Shown piece by piece: positions 36,945 through 48,395 of a DNA stretch of 64,000 nucleotides. Made by a program: the position numbers and the translations under genes. The DNA is from Minutocellus sp. GHC0000111. Lineage: Eukaryota. Every line of letters begins with the position of its first letter. Position 1 is the first letter of the stretch. Location of the stretch: the NCBI GenBank assembly GCA_977018835.1, contig OZ361256.1, forward strand, positions 2,232,001-2,296,000, written 5' to 3'. A model generated the notes under the pieces. That model was not told the DNA's origin. It saw only the letters and a list, made by a program, of their open reading frames with translations, and did no database searches.

Positions 36945-37248
36945 CGTTGTTGCTGAATGATGACTGCTGCGAATGCGACTGCCTCATTTTCTTTAACGTG
37001 TTCACCAAACCAACCAATATTGGTGGCGAGGCCTGCAGCCCCGCTACCGAACGGCCAGCCGAACGGCCAGCCGGCCAGGCCCATCCTTGTGCACTTGCAA
37101 CAATGACATCACATCAACAATCAAAAGTAACATCTTTACGTTTATATCGAATTCCTATAGACGGAACAGGCACTGGAAGTGGCGCATCTGCGGTCGGTAT
37201 GATCGCAATTGATCGTCACTTCCCTACGGTACCCAAAAACAAATTTAT

Positions 37249-38923
37249 TTAGTCGGTGCTTATTCCGGCCTCCTTGAGCTTCTTTTCCAAGTAGGCGATT
37301 CTCTTTTGCGCTTCGTCCAGCTCCTTCGAGAGAGTTCCAACTGTGCGGAACTTCTTCTTCGAGCCACCGATATCGTCCTTTCGCTGTCGTGGGTCAAGGC
37401 TCATGGTCACAGGAGCCTTGGACGAGCCAGCCGCCCACTCATCAGCGGTATGGGCCGGAGTCGCGGAGGGACAGTCGGGGAAGATATCATCCTGGAAGGC
37501 ATCAGACTTACGCGGGACGATGAATCGGAGGGGGTGGACGCCCCCATTGCTCGTCAGCTTCAGCAGACGGGCAGTTTCGCACGACATGACGTCCAGACCG
37601 CGCTTGGGGACCATACAAACGCCCTTGGCCGGAGAAGTGGATCGGAACCCATCGTTGAGGCGGTGAAGGTAGGGCTTCTTGTCTTCAAACTCATATGGTC
37701 GAACGATGCCATCGCCCTTTCCACTCAGATACAGAACGCCAGTGTCATTGTCGTAGAACGGACAGACGACACCAGAAGCCGTATCAATGGTCTCAGAGGT
37801 CAGAGGCTCCGACAGGTTCTTCAGATCCCAAATCTTAACCTCACGAGCAGCCTGTCGCGATGCACCAACGGTAAGGAACTTTCCAGTGTCACCCATGTAC
37901 GAGAGCTTGACACTCTTGACTCCCTCGTGGGGCTTCTCAATAGTGCTGGAGACGGTACCGGCACGGGGATCCATGAAACGGACAATCTTGTCCTTACAAC
38001 TGGTTGCCATCTGATCTCCGTTGACGTCCCAAATGATGTCGTGCGCCAGATCACCCATCTCACCGTAGCTGGAGATCTCCTCACCCTTCTCAATGTCCCA
38101 AACCTTCACCGAGTAGTCGGAACTGCAACTTCCCAAAACATTAGACGCTGTGGGGTGGAAACGGACGAGGGTAACCTTCTTCCGATGACCGACGAGGTCG
38201 ACCAGACTCTCCTCAAGGGGCTCACCCTTCTTGGCCAGGCCCTTCTCATCGGTGGGTTCCCAGTCATCGGGGATGCTCCAAATCTTAATGGTGGTATCAT
38301 CACTGGCCGAGGCAAACATGGCGTCGTCAAAGGGGTTGAAATCAAAGTCCAAGACGGCACCCTTGTGGCCCTGAACGACGCTCGACGTGCCGGCCTCGTA
38401 ACGGCCGGGACGGTCATGCCGACCGACCATGATCGGTCCGCCACCGCCGAAGAGGGCGACAGCAAAGTACTTGGCCGAGGCCTTGATGTACTGCTGGTCG
38501 CCCGTTAGAGTCGACAGCTTGAAGCCGGTGAAACATTCCTGAGGGTTGGTGAGGGAAATCAAAGTGTGGGATGGGGTGGTGAGGGGGATGCCGGGAAAAT
38601 GAAGATACATACATGCAGCACATGTTGTGCACCACATTTTGCTAAGCGACCAAGAGAAACTCTTTAGCCAGCACATGAACACGCGTATCCAATGCGTATA
38701 CGAAAATAACTCGTCACCGACCAACTTGTCTACCAGCCAAACACATGAGTGCATTGGCAGGTTGAAGCGCGCTTGCTCGGCACATGAGCACATTCGACCC
38801 TCATCTGTTATCCATTCGGTGATCACCTGCCCAACCAACCTAATCTCAACGCTTGCTTACCTCTGGCTTCGGCGCATCGCAAAAGATGTGCCGATACTTG
38901 GACGTCCTGATCTTGAAGGCCAT
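37249..38923 (-). CDS. Coronin (intron 38860-38539)
   Basis: MAFKIRTSKYRHIF, WD40 repeats, GKGDG, VPRKSDAFQDDIFPD, C-terminal coiled coil. Confidence 0.95.
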
Positions 38924-39136
38924 GGTTGGGAATTCCTACGCGCGCAATGACTACCGGGCCGTTACCGTCGGGGCGGGGGGAAGAATGACGGAGATGCTGG
39001 CGCGGTTTCCGCCACAGGTACGAAGTTAGCACACGACCAACGGAGCTTGCTGAATTCGCGCACCTTGCTGAATTCGACATTCTGCTGGCCGAAGACAAAC
39101 TGATGCTATTAGATCAAGAGGCCTAGCTAGCTGCCA

Positions 39137-40006
39137 ATGAGTGCTATACCTCCATCCATATCAGTCGTACTTGCGGGGCTTTACCACCACCTCGACCCTT
39201 CCATGTCGTCCCCAGAGCCTTCGACGTCGCATTCACATCGAAAGCGACAGCTCAGCCGTATCTCCTCCGTTGTCATTGGTGACATCCTTCCAGCGGCTGC
39301 TCTTTACACTCTGCCACCCCATTCTACCGCTGCATTGCTGCGCCCTTGTACAAAGCTACTGCGTCAATGGCCAACTTTGGTCTCAAAGGCAACGCGAAAT
39401 AGTCTGCCAAAATGGTTGATTGGCGAGGCAGGCCCGTTCGGATATGGTTGCGGCAAATTCTGTGAGACAATTTGCGCCTACTTTCTGTTGCCATCCAATG
39501 ACAGATCCATTGCATTCGAGCTTGGGCCTTTGCCAGGGAGAACTGATTTATTATTGGTACTACTGTTGTCGCTTACTGTCAATATGGTTTTGTCATTTTG
39601 GAGCAGATTGGCTAGGTCAAAAGGGGAACACAGGGGAGTATCCGCAATGAGCGAAAAGTCGCTGGGAAGAAATCTCGCCACAGTAGAACATATGCAGCTT
39701 GCACTCTTGGCTTTTGGCAATGCGCTTTGTGAGGAGGTCGTATCCAGGGGATTCTTTTATCATGAATTCGGAATGCGTGCGCAACTCTCATCAGATATTG
39801 CAAATGTAGCTCAGGCACTGGCGTTTGGCATATGGCACTACAATGGCATTCCGTCTGGGTTTTCTGGGGTAGGACTGACGTTTCTCTATGGTTTGATCAT
39901 GGGTGTCTTGAAAAATTACGGAGGCGGGCTATTGCTACCAATAATTGCACGCACAGTTGCAGATTATTTCATTTTTGCGGTCATTGTTAGAAGAAAGACA
40001 GAGTAA
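39137..40006 (+). CDS. CPBP/Abi (CAAX protease II-like) intramembrane protease
   Basis: EEVVSRG and FGIWH motifs; the last motif reads IIARTVAD, with Arg where His is expected. Confidence 0.75.
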   Translation: MSAIPPSISVVLAGLYHHLDPSMSSPEPSTSHSHRKRQLSRISSVVIGDILPAAALYTLPPHSTAALLRPCTKLLRQWPTLVSKATRNSLPKWLIGEAGPFGYGCGKFCETICAYFLLPSNDRSIAFELGPLPGRTDLLLVLLLSLTVNMVLSFWSRLARSKGEHRGVSAMSEKSLGRNLATVEHMQLALLAFGNALCEEVVSRGFFYHEFGMRAQLSSDIANVAQALAFGIWHYNGIPSGFSGVGLTFLYGLIMGVLKNYGGGLLLPIIARTVADYFIFAVIVRRKTE

Positions 40007-40021
40007 TATAACCTAGTTTGT

Positions 40022-41687
40022 TTATGCTAGAGAATACATATGTAGAAAATGTAGAAAAGAAACAGTAAAAGTCAATGCAATCTTCGATGAAATCAGCCAA
40101 GAGGAAGAAGATGGCGACGATGCTTTTCTATCGCCTACAGGGTTGCCGAATAAAGCCCGTGGGTCATATACGGGATCACCTTGCAAAAGAGTGGCCACGA
40201 CCTTCGCCGTCTTGATCTGATTTATAGGTAACTGAAAAATATCTTTGTCAAGAACAGCAAGGTCTGCAAATTTGCCCACTGATATTGACCCTGTTTGATC
40301 ATCGTGCTGCAGAAGCCTTGCGGGATTTATTGTCATCATTTTAATAGCAGTCTCAATATCGGGAATGGGCTGGCCAGTACTTCGTGTCAGCACAGCTTGG
40401 AGCTTAACAAGAGGAGATAATGTATCGGCGTCCCAGTCAGAGCTTATCGTGAGGTGTGCACCCTCATCGAACAATTCTGTTGCTGGTAGTAGCTCCGACG
40501 ATCTTGACGTGCCAATTGCGCCATTCATCTCTCGAACATACGACGGGCTGAGGCTACTTGGCGCTAACTGGAAATCAGCAACAATATTTGATGAAGCAAA
40601 CCTTGCGCGATCTTTCTCGTCAACAAGATATAAGCGTCAGGCGATGAGGACCAGGCAGTACGTCGGACCCGGCTATTGCATCTAATGCAAGCCCAGTTGC
40701 TCGGTCACCGGCTACATGAAAGTGGAGCTGAAATCCTTGGAAACTCAACGTAGCCGCTACTTCGTTGAGGGACGATTTTTCTGTTGACTCGTTGGAAAAA
40801 TATTCGAATCCTAGTTCCATTCCCTGGGACTCGAGTCCCATTTCAGGTTCGTAAGGCTCATAGAGTGCGGCAGTTCCCAGGCTTAATATCCCATCAACAT
40901 AAATTTTGGCCTGGTTGAAACGATGTAGCTTGCTTCGATCATTGCTGAAACGTTTGATGTTGAGAATTGTTGCCGGCTACTTTTATATGTGCGTTACCAC
41001 TTACTACTTTTGCCCAAAAGTACTACTTTTGCCCAAAAGTGCTCATAACCCTTTGGCTCTGCACCAGGATCACTGGTCATTATACAGCCAACTCAAGTAA
41101 TTATAACTGGTCTGTTATCTTTGTACCTCTCGAGGTCTACGCTGTAGCCACAGCCGGCATCCGGTCGCTTCACGGGCGCTGGGAGGCTGTCTTCGGCGAG
41201 CCGCCTCAACATAATTACGTGACATACATCTGTATGGATCTTCCAATAATTCGTAAATATGAGAGATATCAATGCCTGCGCCAACAACCCAGCCCTGACC
41301 GCCAAATGCACCACCACGGGGACAATCGCGAGCATCAAATGCATAAGGAATATCTTCGATCCACGAATACTCGTAGACATAACAAAGCTGAGCGTTAATG
41401 CCCGCCTCAACAGCATGCACATGTGCGTCCTGAAATCCTGGAAGGATCAACCGCTTCTTCATGTCTACGTAATTATACTCAGTTTCTGTTGAATATCTGG
41501 ATATCACACTCGATTCAGGCCCAACAGCTACTGTTATGCCATCGTCGTCTATCGCCACGGATTCAGCCCATTGCGGCGAATCAACGGTGTACACCTTGGC
41601 ATTACCTAGCACGAGATCAGTTGATTGAACCAGAGAGACATGAGCGGTATGCGAAAGAAGGCAGAGGAGGAAGGTGGTGCGCCTCAT
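40022..41687 (-). pseudogene. Amidohydrolase_3 (YtcJ-like) secreted/membrane-anchored hydrolase, disrupted
   Basis: NAKVYTVD, LILPGFQDAHVH, KIYVDG, FHVAGDRA, SSDW, TINPA..GSISVGKFADLAVLD. The central part is replaced by about 250 bp of unrelated DNA; frameshift near 40635. Confidence 0.8.
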
Positions 41688-42116
41688 CCTTCGGAACCTG
41701 TCAGAGTCGTCTCAATGGCAGAAGTTCGCTTTGCATCATACGTAACAGTGACGACGGCGAGCGAGCATCTTTCGAGCAAGTTTCTGCATGCAGCATCTTG
41801 CAATCTTCGGCAACAGGCATGTGTACTGCAGTACTGTGCGTCACGGCAATGTCGAGCTGTCGAGCTTCGAGACGAGAAGGGGCAAGTTCAGGAAGAACGC
41901 CTCTGGATCAGACCAATTGTTGGAGACAGCTACCGGTACAGAGATAAATCCGAATACTACGCGTTGAGGCATTTGTTTGCGCGGTCAAAGCCAAGCGGTG
42001 TGCGTCGACCTTTTCTTTGCATGCCACAGAAGTCTTATTCGCTGCCTCACTTTCGTCCTCGAAGCAGCAGCATCGCCACCAGGAGCACGAGCCGCTACAA
42101 GTACAAGTACATCACG

Positions 42117-42473
42117 ATGAATCCCACGACCAAATTTGCAACCGGCTTTTATGCCGGTCTATTGATTATCACACTGACGATGCTATGCCGCACGCTGGTA
42201 AATTATCCGTTGTTTCCCTTCCAAATGGATTCGCTGGATTGGACCGGCGCGTGGCTCATCACAACTATAGTGGATTACTACGGGGCATGTCTTTGCTTTT
42301 GCGGTGTCGTCGTCGGAACCGAGGAGAACATCCAAAAAGGCTTGCTCTGGGCGATATCCTTTTGCCTTTTGGGCAGCCCTGTCTGTTGTCTGTGGATGGT
42401 CTTACATCTTTGGAGGTGTAACGGCACACTCAAATTGGAAAGGAGGACACGGCATCAATACGAGGAGCACTAG
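42117..42473 (+). CDS. DUF1475-like small membrane protein
   Basis: W..AWLITTIVDYYG..LLW....LLGSPVCCLW; ATG 42117. Confidence 0.7.
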   Translation: MNPTTKFATGFYAGLLIITLTMLCRTLVNYPLFPFQMDSLDWTGAWLITTIVDYYGACLCFCGVVVGTEENIQKGLLWAISFCLLGSPVCCLWMVLHLWRCNGTLKLERRTRHQYEEH

Positions 42474-42637
42474 CTAGCTAGCTAGCCAAGTTACGTAGGT
42501 ACAGATAGGGCCACGTTGTTGTAGCAGTTTTGATATGTATTATCTCTCTTTATCAATACGCATGCATTGCAATTAATGGCGGCAATGCATAGCACTCTAT
42601 CAATACGTGTAGATATTCAAAGACTTGACGCCGACAA

Positions 42638-43396
42638 TTAGTTGCTGGTGACCTTGAAGAGCTCGACCTCGAACTTGAGAGTAGCACCAGGGGGGATGGT
42701 ATCACCACTGCCAGCATCACCGTAAGCAAGATCCGAAGGGATGACAAGGGTTGCCTTTCCACCCTCCTTCATCATGGCAAGGCCCTCCTGCCAGCCCTTG
42801 ATCACACCGCCAAGGGGGAAGGAGATGGTCTGTCCCCGGTCAACAGAGGAATCAAAGACAGTGCCATCGGTAAGAGTTCCGTGATAGTGTACTTCGACAG
42901 TGTCGGCAGCCTTCGGGGTAGCACCTTCTCCCTCCTTCATGCTGTAGTAAACGAGGCCAGACTCGGTCTTGACGGCATCGTCATTGCAGTCCAAGAAGTT
43001 GGCAACGTACTCCTCGCCCTCAGCTTTTACGAGCTCAACAATCTTGGAGGAGCGATCCATGAGGATGGCATTAAGAGCCTGGCCGTATGTTGTGAGAACA
43101 GTTTGATCATCCGCAAGGGCAGTGCCTTTGAGCGAATTGCCGAATCCCTCCAGAACGAGCTCGAGCTCCTCATCCTCAAGAAGAGTCTTGAAGGAGGTCT
43201 GTCCACCGATCTGACGGGCGAGGTTGACGCCGAGGGCATAAAAGGGCATCTTCTCGTCGTCATGGGGCATGGGTCCAGTCGACATCTGGCGGGCCGTGAC
43301 GGCGCGAGCGGCAGAGCGAGCACCGGCGGTGAAGGCCGCGGTAGATCCCGCTCGGAGGGCGAGGGCAGCGGCAACAGAGGTCATACTAACGCGCAT
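42638..43396 (-). CDS. FKBP-type peptidyl-prolyl isomerase with N-terminal dimerisation domain, organelle-targeted
   Basis: [51 protein letters not shown]. Confidence 0.95.
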   Translation of the reverse strand: MRVSMTSVAAALALRAGSTAAFTAGARSAARAVTARQMSTGPMPHDDEKMPFYALGVNLARQIGGQTSFKTLLEDEELELVLEGFGNSLKGTALADDQTVLTTYGQALNAILMDRSSKIVELVKAEGEEYVANFLDCNDDAVKTESGLVYYSMKEGEGATPKAADTVEVHYHGTLTDGTVFDSSVDRGQTISFPLGGVIKGWQEGLAMMKEGGKATLVIPSDLAYGDAGSGDTIPPGATLKFEVELFKVTSN

Positions 43397-43544
43397 CTTG
43401 GGGGTTGTTTGGAGTTATCCGCCGATGGAAAAAATGATGGGCCTCCTGAGCTCGCAGCTCGCCAAGTGCGTGGTTTGACTTGCTCGACTCAAAACGACTT
43501 GACTCATAACCTAATTTACGCTGACATGATGCAACGGAAACGAC

Positions 43545-44845
43545 GGAAACCAGACTTTTTCCGAAGGCGAAACGGCGTTTTTGGGCCTTTTTCCGAAGAT
43601 TTCCTTCGGAAATCGTCCAGGGACACGGATCTCGCCTCGTACATTCTACGTAGGAATCAGTATGTCGAGAGGTGCACGCAGTGTCTCCTTGCGTTTTCCG
43701 AAGATCATTTTCGGAAAACGAGGATCTCTTAGAGATGTTTCGGGGTTTTAGGGCGCTTCGCGCAGCTCTGTTGCTTTGGGCCTTTGGCTTTTTGGCGCAA
43801 GCCCATCGCAGGTCAAAATGATCGTCGCATCCGCAGCCGAACCATGAGGTTGAGATAGCGACCGAAAAACGAGAGTTTTCAGGGCTGTGTTATCACCTGG
43901 GTTGCTAGGCTCTATGTAACGTGGAATCGTCTGTTCAAACAAGCCGGCAAGCCACATCAGGCTATCCACGCGACCCACATGACCGTGGTGCCACCGTGGA
44001 ACATTTTTTTTGCGAAGCCGGCCCACCTCTTCTTGCATGTGCTTCGTTTAGAATCTCTCTGGCGTGTCGGAGCTACTGTCGTCGTCACCGTCGTTCGAGA
44101 TGATTATCAGCCGTCGATTGATGGCTCTGGCCGCCGATTCTGGCGCGTCCTTGTCGATTTCGAGGGAGTCCATTCCCGCCCTTCGCATCTCGGTCGTTTC
44201 GCCCGTCCACTCATCTCCGCGCCCCTTATCAGCAGATAGAGATGCTCCCAGCAAGCACCACGAGCTTTTCGGAGCGGCGGATGACATATATCGAAGAGCT
44301 ACTGCCTTGTCTGGGGCGGCGGAGAAGGTGGTCGAACATTCTGCTACCCGAAGTTGGGTGGTAGCTGGATAAGTTGGAGTTTAATGGGGGGTGATTTGGG
44401 ATAGGAGAACATACCCATATCCAGCAAAAATCCGACAAGGATGGCATCGGGCGTGGCATAATAGTGTGCTTGGTCGATTCTGCATGGAGGGAGCGCCGAT
44501 GGGTATGTGTGCCCATAAGCATGCGACATGCCATGTTGTTGGTGGAGAACATGATGAGATGTGAGGGCCATTTTAGAATGTGATATGTAATGAAAGACAT
44601 AGGGGGGAAGAATCAAAGATACGGTGTAGAATAGACATATATAACGCTAGTGATAGGCATATAGGCTCATCTTTAAGTAGATACTTGGCATATCGACTTT
44701 ACCAGTAGATAGATCTAACCCGATCTCTGTTGATTTTTAGCAATGCTGCATTTTTTTCCAAGTTTTTCGCTTCTGTATGACGTGTCTCTTCGGAAAGCTC
44801 CTTCGGAAAAACCTTCGGAAAACGTCCTTGACACGCGGAAACCCC
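43545..44845. mobile_element. Possible non-autonomous DNA element bounded by inverted clusters of TTTTCCGAAG
   Basis: TTTTCCGAAG at 43557, 43589, 43694; the reverse complement CTTCGGAAA(A) at 44788, 44801, 44813. No clean TIR or TSD seen. Confidence 0.4.
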
Positions 44846-44849
44846 TCGC

Positions 44850-45929
44850 TCACTCACGACTTTTCAAAGGCTTTCTCCCCGATGAAACGACGCATGGCAT
44901 GCGCAAGGGACGTGATCCTCCCTCAGTAATCTCCAAATATCTCTTTTGCAGTTCCTTTTGGATCGCATCTGTTTCTTCAGGAGTTTGTGCCCTCAATAAT
45001 TCACGAGTCCTTGCCGTCCCTTCCAGCAAAATCTCATAAAGATCATCTGCCGATCCAACATTGTTCCATTCCATTGTCTCAACCTTCGTTACATCAATAC
45101 CTTCAAATCCAACAGCTTCCATTAAGCGTTTAATTTCGTCGGCATTCGAGAACCGAAAGAACGGAGGCCCTTCTGGCAAATCAACGTTTGGATTTCCGAC
45201 GTCGTTTACTGCCCCTAAAATCAAACCAAAGCCTTCTGTTGCAGGAGGTGCTGACCATGCCGAGAATGCAAGTCTTCCACCGGGTTTCAATATACGATAG
45301 CTCTCAGAAAGAAACGAGTCTGGATCTGACAAGTGCAGTATACCAAAATTGCAGCAGACCGATGTGAATGCATCATCGTTGAATGGCATGGCTTGCGCAT
45401 CGCCCTCGATCCATTCAATGGGTGTGTCCGGGTGAGCAACCTCGAGATTTTCCTTTGCCAGTTGCAAAAAGTTGGATGAAAAGTCAAGAGCTGTAAATTT
45501 AGCATCAATCTTTATGGATTTTGCCTTGGACATTGCCGCTTCAATCACTGCGCCTTGTCCGGTTGCTACATCCAAAATGCTGTGTTGCGCGTCTTGACTT
45601 GCTGCCGAGAGACCAACGCCAAAGCCACCCTTTTCGAGCAGCGTAGGTACCGATTGAGATGTCAAAGGACCGAATCCCGCAGAGTAGGCGTCGACGCCTC
45701 TCTGCCAGTTGGTAAGTTCCAGTTGATAAAAGGGATCATCGTCATTATCGGCGGTAGCTGTAGCTTTGGATGTCATGTGCCGACGGCTTATTTTTTCTGT
45801 CGCCGATGGCGAAACCAGTGGCGCAAGAGGGATATGTGGTTGAGACGATCTCGCTATCGGCGAGGCGAACGGTGGCTGTGAGCACTGGAATGCTACCAAG
45901 CACCTTGCTGGGTTCGTCATGCTCTTCAC
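44850..45929 (-). CDS. Class I SAM-dependent methyltransferase (type 11/UbiE-like)
   Basis: ILDVATGQG, EGDAQAMPF, YRILKPGG. Confidence 0.88.
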   Translation of the reverse strand: MKSMTNPARCLVAFQCSQPPFASPIARSSQPHIPLAPLVSPSATEKISRRHMTSKATATADNDDDPFYQLELTNWQRGVDAYSAGFGPLTSQSVPTLLEKGGFGVGLSAASQDAQHSILDVATGQGAVIEAAMSKAKSIKIDAKFTALDFSSNFLQLAKENLEVAHPDTPIEWIEGDAQAMPFNDDAFTSVCCNFGILHLSDPDSFLSESYRILKPGGRLAFSAWSAPPATEGFGLILGAVNDVGNPNVDLPEGPPFFRFSNADEIKRLMEAVGFEGIDVTKVETMEWNNVGSADDLYEILLEGTARTRELLRAQTPEETDAIQKELQKRYLEITEGGSRPLRMPCVVSSGRKPLKSRE

Positions 45930-46157
45930 TGATGCTCAAAGTGGCGGGGGTTTGGGTACGCACGGGTCCTTCTGTCCCTCTATGCTTAAAGTGGGATATT
46001 AATACCCCCCATGCCAATTGCCCATGCCCCGCTCCTAGCTACTCGTAGCTAGCTGCTGCCTGCTTCGCTGCTGCCGCGCCCATCATGCGCCCAGGCGTCC
46101 ATGCCAAGCAGCAAAGAAGGTTATGAGTAAACCATAACGCGACAATTGCTGACCAAC

Positions 46158-48219
46158 ATGGACCCCAACTTCCTCAAGAGATCTGGAATAAAGTGGGGCG
46201 ATGGTGCTGGTGGCAGTTTCGTTGCTTCTCGGGGCAAATACGAGCCTGTTCCTGATGTGGCGGAAGATGAAAGTGGTCAGAATGAGCGCCGCCCTCTCTT
46301 CCTCGCGCAATCGTCATCTGTCGTCGAGGATGGCAACATCAAACCTATGAGTGTGCTCTATTATATCAGCATTGGCACGATAATTGTTTTCTTCGTGGTT
46401 TTCATCCTGATGCGAATCTTCACCGGCGCCGCTTCTCCTGCATCAACCCCCTTCATTGTACCAGGCGATGCGTCCTGGTTATGCAAAGACGATACGAGGA
46501 AGAATGCATGCGCACCAGGAGATGGAACTCCTGATTATGAGCCATATCTGCCTATTGTGTACTCGATATTGGGAGACAACAACACTATCATCGCCAGGGC
46601 AATAGTCAACAACACGACGCCCTGTCCGAACATCAAGATTCAACAAAGTGATCAGAATCAAATCTTAGAACCAAAAGTCATTGAACGAGGAGTTGGTAAT
46701 GACATGCTGCCTTTTGCATTCCCAATTCGAGTTTGTGAAGCTATTATACCCAGAGATAAGCTGCAAAAGACTGCAAAAGACGCAGCAGTATTACTTTGGT
46801 GGCAAGAGGATACCAGTTGTCTCGAACGAACCCCGCACATTCGTTGTGGTTGGTGATACTGGATTGAGATCCAAACCTTCTAATCTTGGGTTTGGATTGT
46901 GTACGGAAGGACCATTGATGTATGGCGTCCACCAATGCATGAAAAATATAACAGAGCATGATATTGATGCATCGGAGTTCGATGGACATTTCCAGGATTT
47001 GTCAGATTGGCCATTACGAACATTAATGAATCGAGCAGTTGGCGAGGATCCAGATGTCTTAATACACATGGGTGACTTCATCTATCGGCAAGGGCCATGT
47101 CCATATCCAAACAACAACAATGCATCGTGCAGTGGCATCAATCTATCAAGGCGTTACAGTTTCAATGGGTCCAATGAAGAAAGAGAGATAATGAATTTCG
47201 TACCGGGTTCATGGGGCGACACATTTTGGACTTGGTGGGCAGATTTCTTTTACCCAAGTCTCGAGGCATTGTCGAGTGTTCCATGGATCGCCTACGTGGA
47301 AATCATGAAAGTTGCTCTCGTGCTGGAAATGGATGGTTCTTTTACTCTCTGCAGATCCTTACCCCGTGGACGCAATTGGTGGATCCCACTGCTTGGACGA
47401 CACCGAGCCTCGAAAGATTTCTTTTCAGGACGAGCAATTTCTAGTTATTGATGATAGTGGCATCGAGCCCAAGGATCATGGATTTGATGGGTTGCAATTT
47501 GTGGAGGGTGACTGTCCTACCGAGATGGGATCTGACCTGCCTGCTCCAGAGGTCATGAGCCGATTCCTGGCGATAAATCCAGAGCAAGAGTGTGAACACA
47601 TTTATTCGCAGCTCGACACGTTCACTCACTACTTTGAGCGAGTTCGTGAAATGAGCGTCGAATCCGACAAAATGAACTTTTACCTTGGCCATCGTCCAAT
47701 CTTTGGCATTGCTTGTAATGATACCAAGCTACTCAGCATGGATTGGACTTTGCAGTGTTCATTGGCTTGTTCTACTTTTGATTATATTTCGGCACTTTTC
47801 AGTGGCCACATGCACTGGCGTGAAACCATTTCATTTGCCAACAATCTTTGCCCCCCCAGATTGTTGTTGGCCACGGTGGGACAGATCTCGTAGAAAATTA
47901 CATCATCGACCGAAGCCTTGATGGGTTCAACCTCGAGGTAGGTCGCAACTCGCAAATTTCTGTTACAGTCGAAGAGGGTGAACCCGACTCATCTGCATAT
48001 GGCTATGCTGTTTTGAAGAGCGGAGAAAAAAGAGAAGGGGCTTATACTGTGAGATTCCGTGGCATTGACATGACCACGGGGGGTGCTTACGACACTGGGC
48101 GACCTATGATTATATCGCCTGACCCAAATGTTGAGGGGAGGGGATCACTTTGTCAACAAGAGCGCCAAAATACCCATGCATGCTCACCTCCTGCAGGACA
48201 CAGATGCGCAAGAAGATAA
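46158..48219 (+). CDS. Calcineurin-like metallophosphoesterase, type II membrane, at least 4 frameshifts
   Basis: GDTG, HMGDFIYR, RGNHE, GHRP, SGHMH and QIVVGHGG are spread over successive frames (shifts near 46780, 47292, 47341, 47846). Confidence 0.75.
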
Positions 48220-48395
48220 ATAATAGGGTGGATAGAATAAAAATACAATAGAAGTTAACTGATAGATTTTTTCCTAATCCTGAATTAATGATGAAAAGCT
48301 TTCGAATTCGACAATGAAGTCTTCACTTTGCAAATCGATAATAGGACTTGCTTAGCCACATGGGCTGCTCAGTTGACCACAAAGGCAAGGTATTT

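Noticed and set aside
33516..38508. Long antisense ORFs over NTT (503 aa) and coronin (400 aa), and similarly over FKBP and delta-CA
   Set aside because: Shadow ORFs produced by strong codon bias; no recognisable motifs.
41002..41040. CRISPR-like palindromic repeat
   Set aside because: Only two adjacent units, no spacers, eukaryotic context, no cas genes.
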